Source of the DNA: Octopus sinensis
Lineage: Eukaryota
DNA: 64,000 nucleotides
Reading direction: 5' to 3'
Assembly: GCF_006345805.1 (NCBI RefSeq)
Contig: NC_042999.1
Coordinates: 103,416,001 to 103,480,000 of the forward strand
Shown: positions 1 to 11,460 of the stretch, in pieces
Layout of the letters: every line of letters starts with the position of its first letter
How positions within the stretch are numbered: the first letter of the stretch is position 1
Notes under the pieces: model-generated
The model's input: only the letters and a program-made list of their open reading frames with translations
What the model was told of the DNA's origin: nothing
Database searches by the model: none
Translations under genes and position numbers: made by a program

Positions 1-1300
1 TCAACACAAGTAAGCCCTAGTTGTAGTGTGGCATGTTTAAGGAGCTCTTAATTCACTCTTTGCTAGGTAGTGTTTTATTGACCGTTGGTTTCCATCCATA
101 TAATCAGAATGGCTAATATATTTTCTCTCCCTCGAACATTACGCTCCATACATAAAGTATTGGCATATGCTATCGGATGAAGCATTCCATTCATAGATTA
201 TGCTTCTATTTTCATATTTAGCCCGGTTCACTATTCCAGTACCTCGTAATCTTCCACATATTGACCGTATGTATCGAATTTTATGTGTTTAGTTGGCACT
301 TCAACCCAAGCTTTAATCTTTTGAAATATATTGTTTTCCCTTTTCCTTCATGTTTTATACATAATATCATTACATTCCAATGCTCCTAGATACTTGTATC
401 AACTGCCATCAATTTATAATGGATCGTTCGTACTTAGCAATCCATTTTAATGGGCTTTATACTCTCACTTCAATATCTAACGTCGCACAAATTGATATAT
501 CAAACTCCATTCGAATGTAGCTGCAATATACCTTTACAGTGTTAACATATTCTCAGTTTGAGACCCATGTTGACTTTCCTAAGTTTGATTACGATAGTTA
601 TTAGTGCACTACAATTAACAAGTCGTAGAAATAGTCAATATAGCAGACACCAATTTTAACTGTTACACTTCACGGTGATTTCATCTTCAGCTTGTTATAG
701 CAGCACTGAAAGCGTTGAGGTTTTTCAGTTATGCCAAAAATTCTTCGTAACACTACAATTCAAGAATGTGATACCATGTCCTGTGCCGTTTGAAGCCAAT
801 CCAGGCCATGCACAAATTAGCCTGTTTTACTTGGAGTTCATTATCGTTTTGTCAATAAGACGAAGTGTTGATACTCGATTGAAATCCTCACTTGAGCTTT
901 ATAGAGTGTCATTAATTATTGGTGCCCTTTGAATGTTTCCTGTGCTATGTCAGTTCAACAGGTAGCATATGAGTCTACATCAAATATTTGTATGCCTTCT
1001 CAGCAAAATTTCCTGTTAGTAACTGCCATAATGACAATATGCAGGTGTTTTGAAGTTAATTATCTGCGGTATTTTCCTTTAAAAGACGTTTCGTAATCAA
1101 AGCTTTTTACCCCTTTCCAATCCATTGCAGTAAAATTCTTTGTATTACATATGTAGATAATTTTCGATTATATTAAATGCTGTTAAGTCTATATAAATTC
1201 TGTTCAAAACCCGTCCTTCATTGTATAGTGTTTTATGCAAAATATGAGCCCTTACCTGGAGAGCTATTTTCTAGACAGTATTTAGAAGGTCTCCTGGGCA
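1..1300 (-). mobile_element. Degenerate R4/Dong-type non-LTR retrotransposon RT region
   Basis: Manual minus-strand translation with stops and frameshifts gives ordered motifs: MAWIGFKR..DMVSHS*I (~815-760, cf. MAWIDYKKAYDMVPHSWI), IRMEFDISICATL (~520-478), YKYLGALECNDI (~400-365) and HPIAYANTLCMERNVRGR (~180-125, cf. HPKADVDRLY.PR..GGRGL). The remnant may extend to ~2000. Confidence 0.8.
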
Positions 1301-2430
1301 AATCTTTGATATTTTTTGATATTTTACAATGCGTAATGCTCCTATACATAATTAGGATTATTTTTGTATTTATATTCCATTTTCGAATTTTTATATTTAT
1401 GCTTTGAAATATTAATTTGTTATATCACAAAGACTATATTATAACATACAAGACTAATAAATGTTTTGAGAGGGTGTTCTAATGATATTTACAATCCTTA
1501 GTATCACTACTTTTTGGTTACCTTTCCTTTTATAAGAAGGTTAAAGATTTGTATTCTTAATGAATTGTCTTCAATTTACCTGAAGACAATTCAGTAAAAA
1601 TACGAATTTATTTAAACAATTTTGTTTTAGAAGAATTTCCTCACGCTTTTACATTTACAATAGTATAGCTTGCATCATTAATCATTGTATCCTGAATCTG
1701 ATATTTAAGATTAAGTAGTCTTCTCGGAAAGTACAAACGCGAAATACAATATATATACTATATATGAAAGTAGGTTTTTTGCAGAAAATTACTAATATGG
1801 TATTATTAATTCTGCTTAAATACATGTCTGTACAACAAATTAATATGCAGTGTCTTGAGCTAGGAAAGGTATTCATATTGCTGATGACATCCATAAAATT
1901 CTTGTTATTCAAATGCGGTTTCATAATTTTTTGTTTATTCCTGAGTTACGTATTTGATATATAGCTTCACAAATTACATCTTTTTAAAATACTTACTCGA
2001 CTTTATGATTTTCGATTAACCAATACTAGTTATTTGGTAGTTACCCTAATAACAATTTATGGTAATTTTTTCTAAATAATATTTTCTATAATATTTTCTA
2101 CAATATTGTATAAATAAATATCTTCTGAAGCTTTCATATCTACTTTTATATCCATATCTACTTTTATACTCAAGCTGGCTTCTTTTACTACATTGATTTC
2201 TCATATACATCGTATATACTTTCCATTCCTATATAACTTTGCTTTATGCTAAGCGTTATTTAGTTTCGAAGCTAATCTTCTCTTGGAAAAATTAGTCTGT
2301 GCGTATGTATGTATGTATGTATGTATGTATGTATGTATGTATGTATGTATGAATGTATGTATGTATGTATGTATGTATGTATGTATGTGTATGTATGTAT
2401 GTATGCATGCATATATGTATGTGTGCATAT

Positions 2431-2996
2431 ATCTATGCCATTATTCAGTTCTATTGCAAGATTTCTTGCCAATAGCAAAAGAGCCGGTTTCTAACCTAGT
2501 TTCAAAGCTCCTTCATTGGAATTTCAACATGAACAGGGTATTTTTGTATGTATATGTGCAGCATTTGGAGTCAATGCATGCGCAGAGTTGTATGCTTTGT
2601 TCTATGTATGCATTCTCATGCATATACATGCATGTCTAGACATGCGCTTATATACTTATATTATAAACTTCTGGCACGTTTTACAGATTTTTACAGTTCC
2701 AATGATGGCTTAGATCTGTAGACTTCGAATCAGCTTTCTCCTTTCTGGTTTTGAGAAGAGTAATATATCCATACTAGTACTTAGGTAATGTATTACGTAT
2801 CCTAGTGCGCTGATAATTACAGGTATAATCTGGATAGAGTAACTGTAGATTCCTCAGTTGTTCAGTATAGGTATTTTTCTTTTTGCTGATCTTTAGCTTT
2901 ATGTTAACATCCATTGGGCAGCTGAATTCCGCAACTGTACACAGTTTCTCTTCTCTATCCCAAATCACAATGTCAGGCTTCTTATGTTTAGATTTT
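2431..2996 (-). mobile_element. 5'-truncated RLE-type non-LTR retrotransposon 3' end embedded in (CATA)n/(TATG)n
   Basis: ORF 2774-3100 contains KPDIVIWDREEKLCTVAEFSCPMDVNIKLKISKK (PD..E/D..K endonuclease motif). It continues after a frameshift as IPVIISALGYV...IIGTVKICKTCQKFII* (stop 2656-2658). Both ends abut TATG repeats (~2303-2410 and 2997-3092). Confidence 0.8.
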
Positions 2997-3534
2997 ATGT
3001 ATGTATGTATGTATGTATGTATGTATGTATGTATGTATGTATGTATGTATGTATGTATGTATGTATTATGTATGCATGCATGTATGTATGCATATTTCAC
3101 TGCTTAGTTTATAACTTCGTTGACATGTTTTTTCTTATACGAGAACATTACAATATTATGTTGTTTTTTTCAAAAGTTAATACATTTTTGTAGTATCTAT
3201 TATTTGTAAATGGTATATTTATGAAAACAATCAGGTATATTCATAGATTAAAGTCGCACCGCAAGGTCATTAGGAAAGGAAACTCTTTGTCATCGCGTTC
3301 CTCAGGGTTCGACCATAGCGCGCGAAGCGTTGAATGTTTTTTACTATAGATTACTATAGATTCTAGTCTTCCCAAACCTTGAGAAATTTTATGGATAAAT
3401 GGAAACTGAGAGGGAACTTTTGAAATTCCTAACATAAGATTATAAGGCTATCAGATAAATTCACTGGAAGAACAAATGGAACGCTCATTCGAAGAAATCG
3501 AAAACAAACACCATAATCAGTTGGTTTATAGATA

Positions 3535-3927
3535 TCAACTAGCAGTATCGCCCGGCGTTGCTCGGGTTTGTTTCGACCCGCTGGAATTGGAATTTTTGAA
3601 AAGTAAAACTTTTGCATTATGTAGCTTGTTATTCTCTTCAAGTGAACATTTTTGTGGTTGAAATACACCGAAAAGTGGCGACACAGCAGTGAAAAAATCG
3701 TAAAAAATAGGGATTTTCATAGAAAAAAGCACCTTTTTGATGTAAATAATTTTTGGTGTTAACATGGTCCTATTTGAATTTTATCTTCTACGGAAAGAAG
3801 AGCAACCCTTCTATCATACTCTCAATGTTGGTCAACTTGCGCCGCAGGGTCTCGAAGGAGATAGTGTTAGTTGAAGGCTACCAAACCTGGCGCACACAGA
3901 CAACTTCAGCTTTATATAGAGAGAGAT
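3535..3927 (+). mobile_element. Non-autonomous Helitron-like element (Lep1-like ends)
   Basis: It starts TCAACTAGCAGTATCGCCCGGCGTTGCTCGGG and ends ACAGACAACTTCAGCTTTATATAGAGAGAGAT. These termini resemble non-autonomous rolling-circle elements. No ORF. Confidence 0.5.
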
Positions 3928-4046
3928 AACACACACACATTAATACACATACATACACGCACACACACACACATGTATGTATGGATGTATGGATGTATAT
4001 ATGTACATCTGTCCACTTCTTGCCATATTTTTATCCTTCACTTCCT

Positions 4047-4079
<33 letters not shown>

Positions 4080-4164
4080 GACACACACACACACACACAC
4101 ACGCACGCACACACACACACACACCTTCTTAGCTTACAGTTTTCTTTCAACAATTGACAACTGA

Positions 4165-4800
4165 AGTACGCTCGCAAATTAATACTACGAAAACTTAGCG
4201 ACAGAAAGTAAATTAAAGACCAATTTACCTTTTCTGTTGAGTTATCATTGTATATGTATATTTTTGCGTGTCTATATGTGTAAAGAGAAAGTGGGAGAAA
4301 GTGTGGTAATAGGCGGAGTAAAGCCTTTGAAGTGAGAGAGGGAAATCGTAAAATATTGAGTTTTCTCGAATTTTTGCTTAATTGGGGGTCAAATTGAAAG
4401 AAATGTATATGCCATGACCTAATGGAATGTACTTCGAAAAATCATAGGTAAATTCCAATGGAAGAAATTGTGTGAGGAGTAAATCGTTATGTATTTATTT
4501 GTTTCTGTTTGCTCTGTATTTTTTTTGAGTAGTGGTTTAAGGTACACTTGCAAGAGAAAGTAGGAGAAAGTATGGTAATAGCAGGAGTGAAGCAGTTGAA
4601 ATTAGAGAGGCAATTTACTTTTCTCGAATTTTTGCTTAATTGGGAGTCAAATTGAAAAGACTTTATATGCCATGACCCAATCGAATCTACTTCGAAAAAT
4701 CATAGGTTAAATTCCAATTGAAGAAATTCTCTATTGTAGAATTGTATTAAAAAGGAACATGGTAACAGACAGAGAAAGTCTGCCTTTTATCATAAGAGAT
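4165..4800 (+). mobile_element. Second Helitron-like non-autonomous element with internal ~180-bp duplication
   Basis: Diverged direct repeats at 4283-4469 and 4552-4728. The 3' end ACAGACAGAGAAAGTCTGCCTTTTATCATAAGAGAT resembles that of 3535-3927. The left boundary is approximate. Confidence 0.4.
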
Positions 4801-7275
4801 AATTTTGGATTTTTGACAGAGAATGCAGAAAACCCTGTATTGTCTTTGTAAATGGTATTTAAAATTACACAAAGCTGTCATATTCTAATCAGAACTGTGA
4901 AGTATTTACATTTTCAGAAGCTCATTTAGAATGCTAGAAATCATTTATAATGGTTTGTAACATTGGAAAACAATTTTCATATTTTGGAAGAGGGGTGTTG
5001 TCAATGTAATCGAACCAAGTACCTAACTAGCAGGTATACATTTCACCAAGCTACAATGAATAAAAGACAAAGTTGACTTTGTAGAGATTTGAACCCCGAA
5101 TATAAGAAGAGTGTACTTATATATTTAAAGGGAGTTTTTCTGATCCACTACAGATTTTTCCTCCGAACTACTTATTTGACAATATACACAAAGAGGACAC
5201 GTTAACACTCAACTTGCGTGAGATAAATTCTGCTTTTCTATTAAAAGCATGTACTAGATTATCACCTTTATTTTCAAACACCTCATAATCTTTATGATAA
5301 ACTTCTCTATACATAATGTTACCTTTATGATCACGAAACACATTATTTAGGAGTGATGGAGCATATCAGGAGCATTTCCTTTAAACGTAAGCCAAGGCAA
5401 GATTTCTACACCAATTGCTCGCATCTTGTCAGGATACAGCTATATTGAAAATATGCAGTGTAAACTGTAAAAATCAATTTACTTGGGAATGAAAATAGTT
5501 AACTCGTTTATCTCATAGCAGTCCTACAAAAAGCACAAATCTACTTATCTGTTTAATCGCGCAGTAAATAACGAAATGAAAAAACAACTTCGATAGAGGA
5601 TAAAAAAATGAAATAGTCAGAAGAAAATGTAAGAACAATGATATTAAACAGAAAAAGGAAATAGGAATGCTGTAAAATAAATAGTAAGGTGATATCGAAA
5701 TAATGTAATATAAACTTCCAAGATCTCGGGAGAACGCTGAGAAATGACAAATGCAACCATAGATTGCTCGTTATTTTCGCGTGTGAGTATGTAACTAAAT
5801 ATTTATTTGCGTCAGTTATGTATATACATGTATATATGTGTGTGCATATGTGCGCGTGTGTGTCTTTGTGAATGTACCTATGCATGCATATATAAACATA
5901 TATAAACATCAGATCTACGTACAAAAATATATAGAAGTATATATGTATGTATGTATATTGTTTGTGTGTGTATACATATACATCAATCTATATGTATATA
6001 TGCATGCATGCATACATTCACAAACACACATAGAAGTACACATACTCACACATATTCATACACGCACTCACACATGCACACACATGCACACACACACACA
6101 CATGTGTGTGTATGTATATTTGTGCGCGCATCTGTCCATGTGTTTTGTTGAAAACGTAAAAAGGACAACGTTTTTCCAACAATCTTTTCCAAAGGTTTCC
6201 TTGAAGAGGTAAGTTTCTAAATGCCTCAGAAATAGCTTAAAGAGCTCAATCCACAAGGAATTAATTAGCACAGACGTGGAAAACTGAAAGAATCTCTTTT
6301 ATTTCACATATCAGCAAAGTAATGGTACTAATTTTCACAAAGAAAGTGAACCTGCAGTTGAAAAATGGCTTGTCTATCTCCTAACAATTTTTCATGTAGA
6401 TAGAGATTGCTTCAAACAGCCTTAATACCGTTACGATAAAACTATTGCTAAATCTATTCAACTGTTCACTTGTAGATATGCAATATCTTGACGTTGCGAG
6501 CCCCACTGAGCAAGTTAGTAATGGAGATGTCACAAACTACGTAATCTCGGCAGTGTCGAAAATCTAGGAGAGTGGTTGACGCTGTTCGTAAAAATCGTTT
6601 TTTCAAAAGATAAAAATGATTTTCTGTAGAGTATAAAAGGAAACTATTTGAGAACCATTACAATTTGTAGTGGTTCTCTCAGACATGCCATCAATGATAT
6701 GAACAATCACTACCGATACAAAAAATATCAAAGGCAGTCAGAGATAGGATAATATAAAAAAACTTTCAGAAATATTTCAATGCAATCTGTAAGTAGGATA
6801 GAGGAAATAACATGCAATTTAATGCTGGAAAATTTCAAACACTTCGCTATCAAGTTTTTCACATGTTGCAACCAGGACAAGCAAACAGAAAAGAGTGCAA
6901 TGCCAACATCACAATTAGTATATGATCCAGGTAGGAAAAGATGCAAAGACGCATCATTTTGTATGCATGTTTCTAAGATGGCGACAATGCACAAATATTT
7001 GGGGCGATGGATTGCGATATATTTCAAAAATATGGAATGTAATGACATGACAAACATAGGTAGAATATACAGTTTTTTTCTCAATCGTCTACAGTAATGT
7101 TCGTAAATATTTTTTCAAGTGATATAAGACAGGGTCCGTAACTCGGAGAAGTTCAACGTTAATACACTAAGTAGATTAATACGATGTTAACGGCTGCTCG
7201 ATGTCAATAAGTAGAGTATATAATGCGCTAAGGAGATTATATACAAACATATGTATGTATACTTGTTTGCGTGTG

Positions 7276-7500
7276 AAGGCGCGTGGCCTGTTGTTTAGGT
7301 TATTGCACTCACGGTCGCAATTTCATCGTTTCCATTCGAAGACCAGCAGTGCTTTGTGATCTTGAGCAAAACATTTTATTTCATCTTGCTCCAGTCCACC
7401 TAGCTGCAAAATGGATAACCAGTCGACGGTTTGGCTTGCCTGCCAAACCAGGAAGATGGCATAACTTCAAGGCTGCAACAATGCGAGTAAGCGCACTGTG
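7276..7500 (+). mobile_element. tRNA-type SINE, family C
   Basis: Head GGCGCGTGGCCT..TTTAGG and body TTGAGCAAAACATTTTATTTCATCTTGCTC are shared with 50035-50250 (+) and 23060-23250 (-). Confidence 0.6.
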
Positions 7501-7767
7501 AACGGTGATATATGATCACATCCGATAGTCTAGCCGATACATTGATAGAATAATATATATATATATATATCAAATCATGTACATACTCATAAATATTTAT
7601 ATACATTAATATATATATATATGTCTAGGTATCTATAGCATTAGCATTCATCATGTGCAGCAGGAGAGATAGCGAGGCCGTTGATACACTGATGCTGGGT
7701 TTACACCGACTTTCCACTTTCAGAATCAAATACGAGCATGCATGTGTATATATGCATGTATTTATGC

Positions 7768-7802
<35 letters not shown>

Positions 7803-7809
7803 ATATATA

Positions 7810-7988
7810 GGCACTAAACTTTTTTCTATTTTCTCTCCCTGTTTATTTCTGTGTTCCTTTCTGTCGAAGAGCAAAGGCTCGAAACGTGAAAGTATTTCTC
7901 ATTTCCCGAGCGTTTAACTAATACATCTGTTTGTTCTTTACACACCCGTCTTCGTCTTTTGTTTTTATGGGGGAGGAAATTCTCACTA

Positions 7989-7990
<2 letters not shown>
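7810..7990 (+). repeat. ~190-bp TA-embedded repeat (family H3) with hammerhead-like motif, copy 1
   Basis: CTTT-CTGTCGAA-GAGC-AAAG-GCTC-GAAACGTG-AAAG at 7857-7892. It is homologous to 17746-17880 and 19352-19530 and is bounded by (TA)n. Confidence 0.6.
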
Positions 7991-8024
<34 letters not shown>

Positions 8025-8484
8025 TGTATGTATGTATGCATGCATGTATGCATGTATGTATATATGTACGTACATATGTGTATACGTATGAATATAGGTA
8101 AGTGTATATGTATGTATGTATGTATGTATGTATCTATGTATCTATCTATCTATCTATATATATATATATATATACCGTCTGTGAGAAAAACAGTACACAT
8201 ATGTATACGTAATATAGACAACATTGTGCAAATTTTCACCTAAAAGGAAAACTATTATTGTAACTAAATATGACTAGGGTATTATTTAATTCTCTCTTGC
8301 TACCTCTCTCTTTTCCTCAGTATATGTTTACATAATGGCATTTAATATACAAGTGAATGTATGTGCGTGTAAGGATGTATATATGTGAATCTGTGTATGT
8401 ATATATATATGTATGTATATATATATATATATGTATGTATGTATGTGTGTATTGTATGTATGTATGTATGTATGTGTGTATGTA

Positions 8485-8712
8485 TGTGTGTATGTGTACA
8501 TGTGTGGGTGTGCTTTGTGCATGTGTCTGTATGTGTGTGTAAGTGATTGTGTGCACGCCAGTGTGTGTATAACTTTCCCGTGATTGGTTTTCTTATAATA
8601 TATTATACAGTAAATCATCAATAATATATCTTATGATAAGTGTGAAAATAGTGTAGTCTCGATAATTACTAATACCTTACTCAAGACGGTCTAGTGGTAG
8701 CGCCATTAAGCG
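8485..8712 (-). repeat. Dispersed repeat, inverted relative to 11235-11460
   Basis: 8558-8712 is the near-identical reverse complement of 11235-~11390 (CGCTTAATGGCGCTAC..ACTAGACCGTCTTGAGTAA..). Homology extends into the degenerate CA repeat. Confidence 0.85.
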
Positions 8713-9329
8713 TATGTATATGCGTGTATAAGTATTCATGTATACACGTATATATACGTACTTGTGTTTTAGGATGTTCATTGTTGCTTAAAACCTACAC
8801 TTCCTTATCCATCTTTTTAAATATTTACACAGACAAATAAGTCATTGGAAAACATGTTAGAAACCTACGAATAGACATAATATATTTGTTCAATAAGAAT
8901 CAAGCTATATCAATATATTTTGCCATGCTTTCCTGGCCGGAAAAACATCGTTAATAAACACCGATAGCACTAATTATAACTAATATCCTTATATTTACCT
9001 CACAGCCTTATAAGACCTACAACTGTAACAATATGTTTCAGAGTTTATTTGGTAACGGGCCAAACTAATCCACCGTAACGAACAACCTTTTTTGGATTTG
9101 GATAGACTTTTCCTCAAATAACAGTCTAATTTAGTGTTAGCTAGACTGGTTTCTGAAATCTTCGTGTTAGCATCAATTATAGAGTGAGAACATAGATGAC
9201 ATACACCTCATCCTCACCCCAACCCCTTCGTCACTTTAACCCCCCCACACACACACACTTACCCCTCCTCTCCCTTCTCCCAGCCATCCACTATCCTCAC
9301 TACCCTTCTCACATCTGACCCATCCACCC

Positions 9330-9560
9330 CTCCGCACTTCAGTCAGTTGGTAGCATTCCTCCTGATAGGGGGTCTGCGCTTCAACCCCCTCACTCCATCC
9401 AGTAACGAATTTCAAACTCGTACTGATATTCATAACTTCGTGCGTCATGTCAGGCTATATGCACTATTACACAACATCCAGCCTGTAGCTAATGAAGAGG
9501 ACTGCTTCACCGACCTTGACCAACGACCATCCCACTGGGCACTGTGTATGTTATTTTTTC
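9330..9560 (+). mobile_element. Penelope-like element N-terminal (pre-RT) fragment
   Basis: ORF 9347-9577 LLIGGLRFNPLTPSSNEFQTRTDIHNFVRHVRLYALL matches the PLE pre-RT pattern LL.KGL.F.PT......D...F.R..RL. Confidence 0.6.
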
Positions 9561-10453
9561 CCATGCTGGCCACTTGATAAGATCGATATTATCCTTATAT
9601 ATATATACATATATATATATATATCACGTGATCCACCAGACTATCGTATGTTGTTATACATCACTCGTCACAATGCGGTTTGCATCGTTTTAGCTTTGAT
9701 GCAACAGTCTCTGTCAATTTCACTCTCATATAATGTAAGTATATACAGGTGTGTGTGTGCATGTGCGCGCATGTATATGTATGGCTTTCGATAATTAAAG
9801 AGAGATAACTCTAAACATTCGTTGGGTTTTTTTTATAGTGAGCGATTCCGCGAAGTAAAAACGTCTATGTGTAGAAATAGTTTGTATCAAGTAAATATTT
9901 AGATTTCTCACTTTAGGGAAATATATTTGCTTAGAAAATAATCAATTCACTAGCGCCAGCTGCATGATTAACAGTAACTGCTCAAGTATTAACATTTACA
10001 ATGCAAAACACATTAAAAGGATAACTAGAAATAAATGTGAGAAGAAAAGCTACACAAGACTTGGCCCAATGGTAACAATACACTTTTTTTTTTATGGCGA
10101 AGCACTTTAACTCTCGTTATTTAATTCTATTTTGATTAAAGTGCGTATATTTTGATACACTAATTCAAAGTTGTAAGTAATGGTTGCTTTCTAACATTGG
10201 TAGGTGATTCTTTTCCTTCCAATGCCGAATTCAATCTCTGCTAAAATGACTAGTGGAAGGTTAACTGCGACAGAATAGAGTTTTATCTAGGTAACTGTAA
10301 ACCGCATATTCTTTTAATGCAACGGAAGTTCGACAGGTCATTGTTAAAGAAAATTTTATGTACATAAACACATATATACATACGTACATATATTTATGCC
10401 TTGTACATACATAAATACATACACACACGCACACACACACACACACACGTACA

Positions 10454-10504
<51 letters not shown>

Positions 10505-10505
<1 letters not shown>

Positions 10506-10913
10506 GTTCATATTCGTATTTGGTTTGCAAGATGCTTGATGTGAATTCGTGTATTGAAAGAAATACTATTGAACCTTGGGAGGGGCATTATGCAGGTAAT
10601 AATAAACGCAAGTACTTTATTGTTATTGTTAGTTAATTGGTTAGTTACTCCGTTAAAATTTTATCGATCAGCTGTTTTTTACTAGTTTTTCAAACGCATA
10701 TGTTAAACACTTTGGTCAAACAGTTAATCGTTCAAGTGTTAATTGTTCGTGTTGTCATTTTTTTTTACAGCATGAACAATGAATGATGAAAAAACGGTTG
10801 ATCGATACATTTTTAACGGAGTAACTAACCCATTAACTAACAATAACAATAAAGGACCGAACCAGTGAGTGTGTTTATCATTACCGGCATAAAGCCCCTC
10901 CCAAGGTTCAATA

Positions 10914-10967
<54 letters not shown>

Positions 10968-11020
10968 CGTTTTGGGATTTGGTTTGCAAGATTCTTCATA
11001 TGAGTTCGTGTGTTGAAGCA
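10505..11020. mobile_element. TA-embedded fold-back element (second family)
   Basis: Inverted arms at 10564-10680 and 10790-10916. A direct repeat ..TTTGGTTTGCAAGAT..GAGTTCGTGT.TTGAA occurs at ~10517-10558 and ~10977-11017. (TA)n lies at ~10490-10505 and 10916-10965. Confidence 0.7.
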
Positions 11021-11090
11021 TATTCTGTTGTGTCTGGGGAGAGTCATTTTCTTTTTGTGCCTTATAATTTAACACACTCACCGGTAAAAT

Positions 11091-11220
11091 TTCCACTTAT
11101 TTCTTATTTTTATTTTCCTAGAATTTTTGTTGCGTCTTGCAAACTTTTCAAGACCATTGAAAAGGTTGCAAGACTCAACGAAAATTTTAGGAAATTTTAG
11201 AAAATAAGAAATAAGTGGAA
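11091..11220. repeat. 130-bp near-perfect palindrome/hairpin
   Basis: Arm pairs TTCCACTTATTTCTTATTTT/AAAATAAGAAATAAGTGGAA, GTTGCGTCTTGCAA/TTGCAAGACTCAAC and CTTTTCAA/TTGAAAAG; loop ~GACCA. Confidence 0.85.
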
Positions 11221-11234
11221 GGTATTTCCTCTAT

Positions 11235-11460
11235 CGCTTAATGGCGCTACAACTAGACCGTCTTGAGTAAAGTATTAGTAATCATCGAGACTACACTATT
11301 TTCACACTTATCATAAGACTATATTATTGATGATATACTGTATAATATATTATAAGAAAACCAATCACGGGAAAGTTATACGCACACTGGCGCGCACACA
11401 CACACTTACACACACATCCAGACACATGCACAAAGCACACCCACACATGTACACATACAT
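11235..11460 (+). repeat. Dispersed repeat, inverted partner of 8485-8712
   Basis: Direct sequence comparison. The two translated pseudo-ORFs are also near-identical (MMIYCIIYYKKTNHGKVI..). Confidence 0.85.

Noticed and set aside
6620-7100. Coding-like ORF 6780-7097
   Set aside because: No recognisable motif; possibly a decayed transposon but I cannot support a call.
9200-9330. C-rich tract (G-rich on the minus strand) as a functional G-quadruplex
   Set aside because: Irregular G-runs in a low-complexity segment adjacent to a PLE fragment, with no other support.
10780-10830. HHR in the second fold-back family (TGATGA-AAAAA..TTTTT-AACGG)
   Set aside because: It lacks GAAA and a cleavage triplet, and the other arm does not conserve it.
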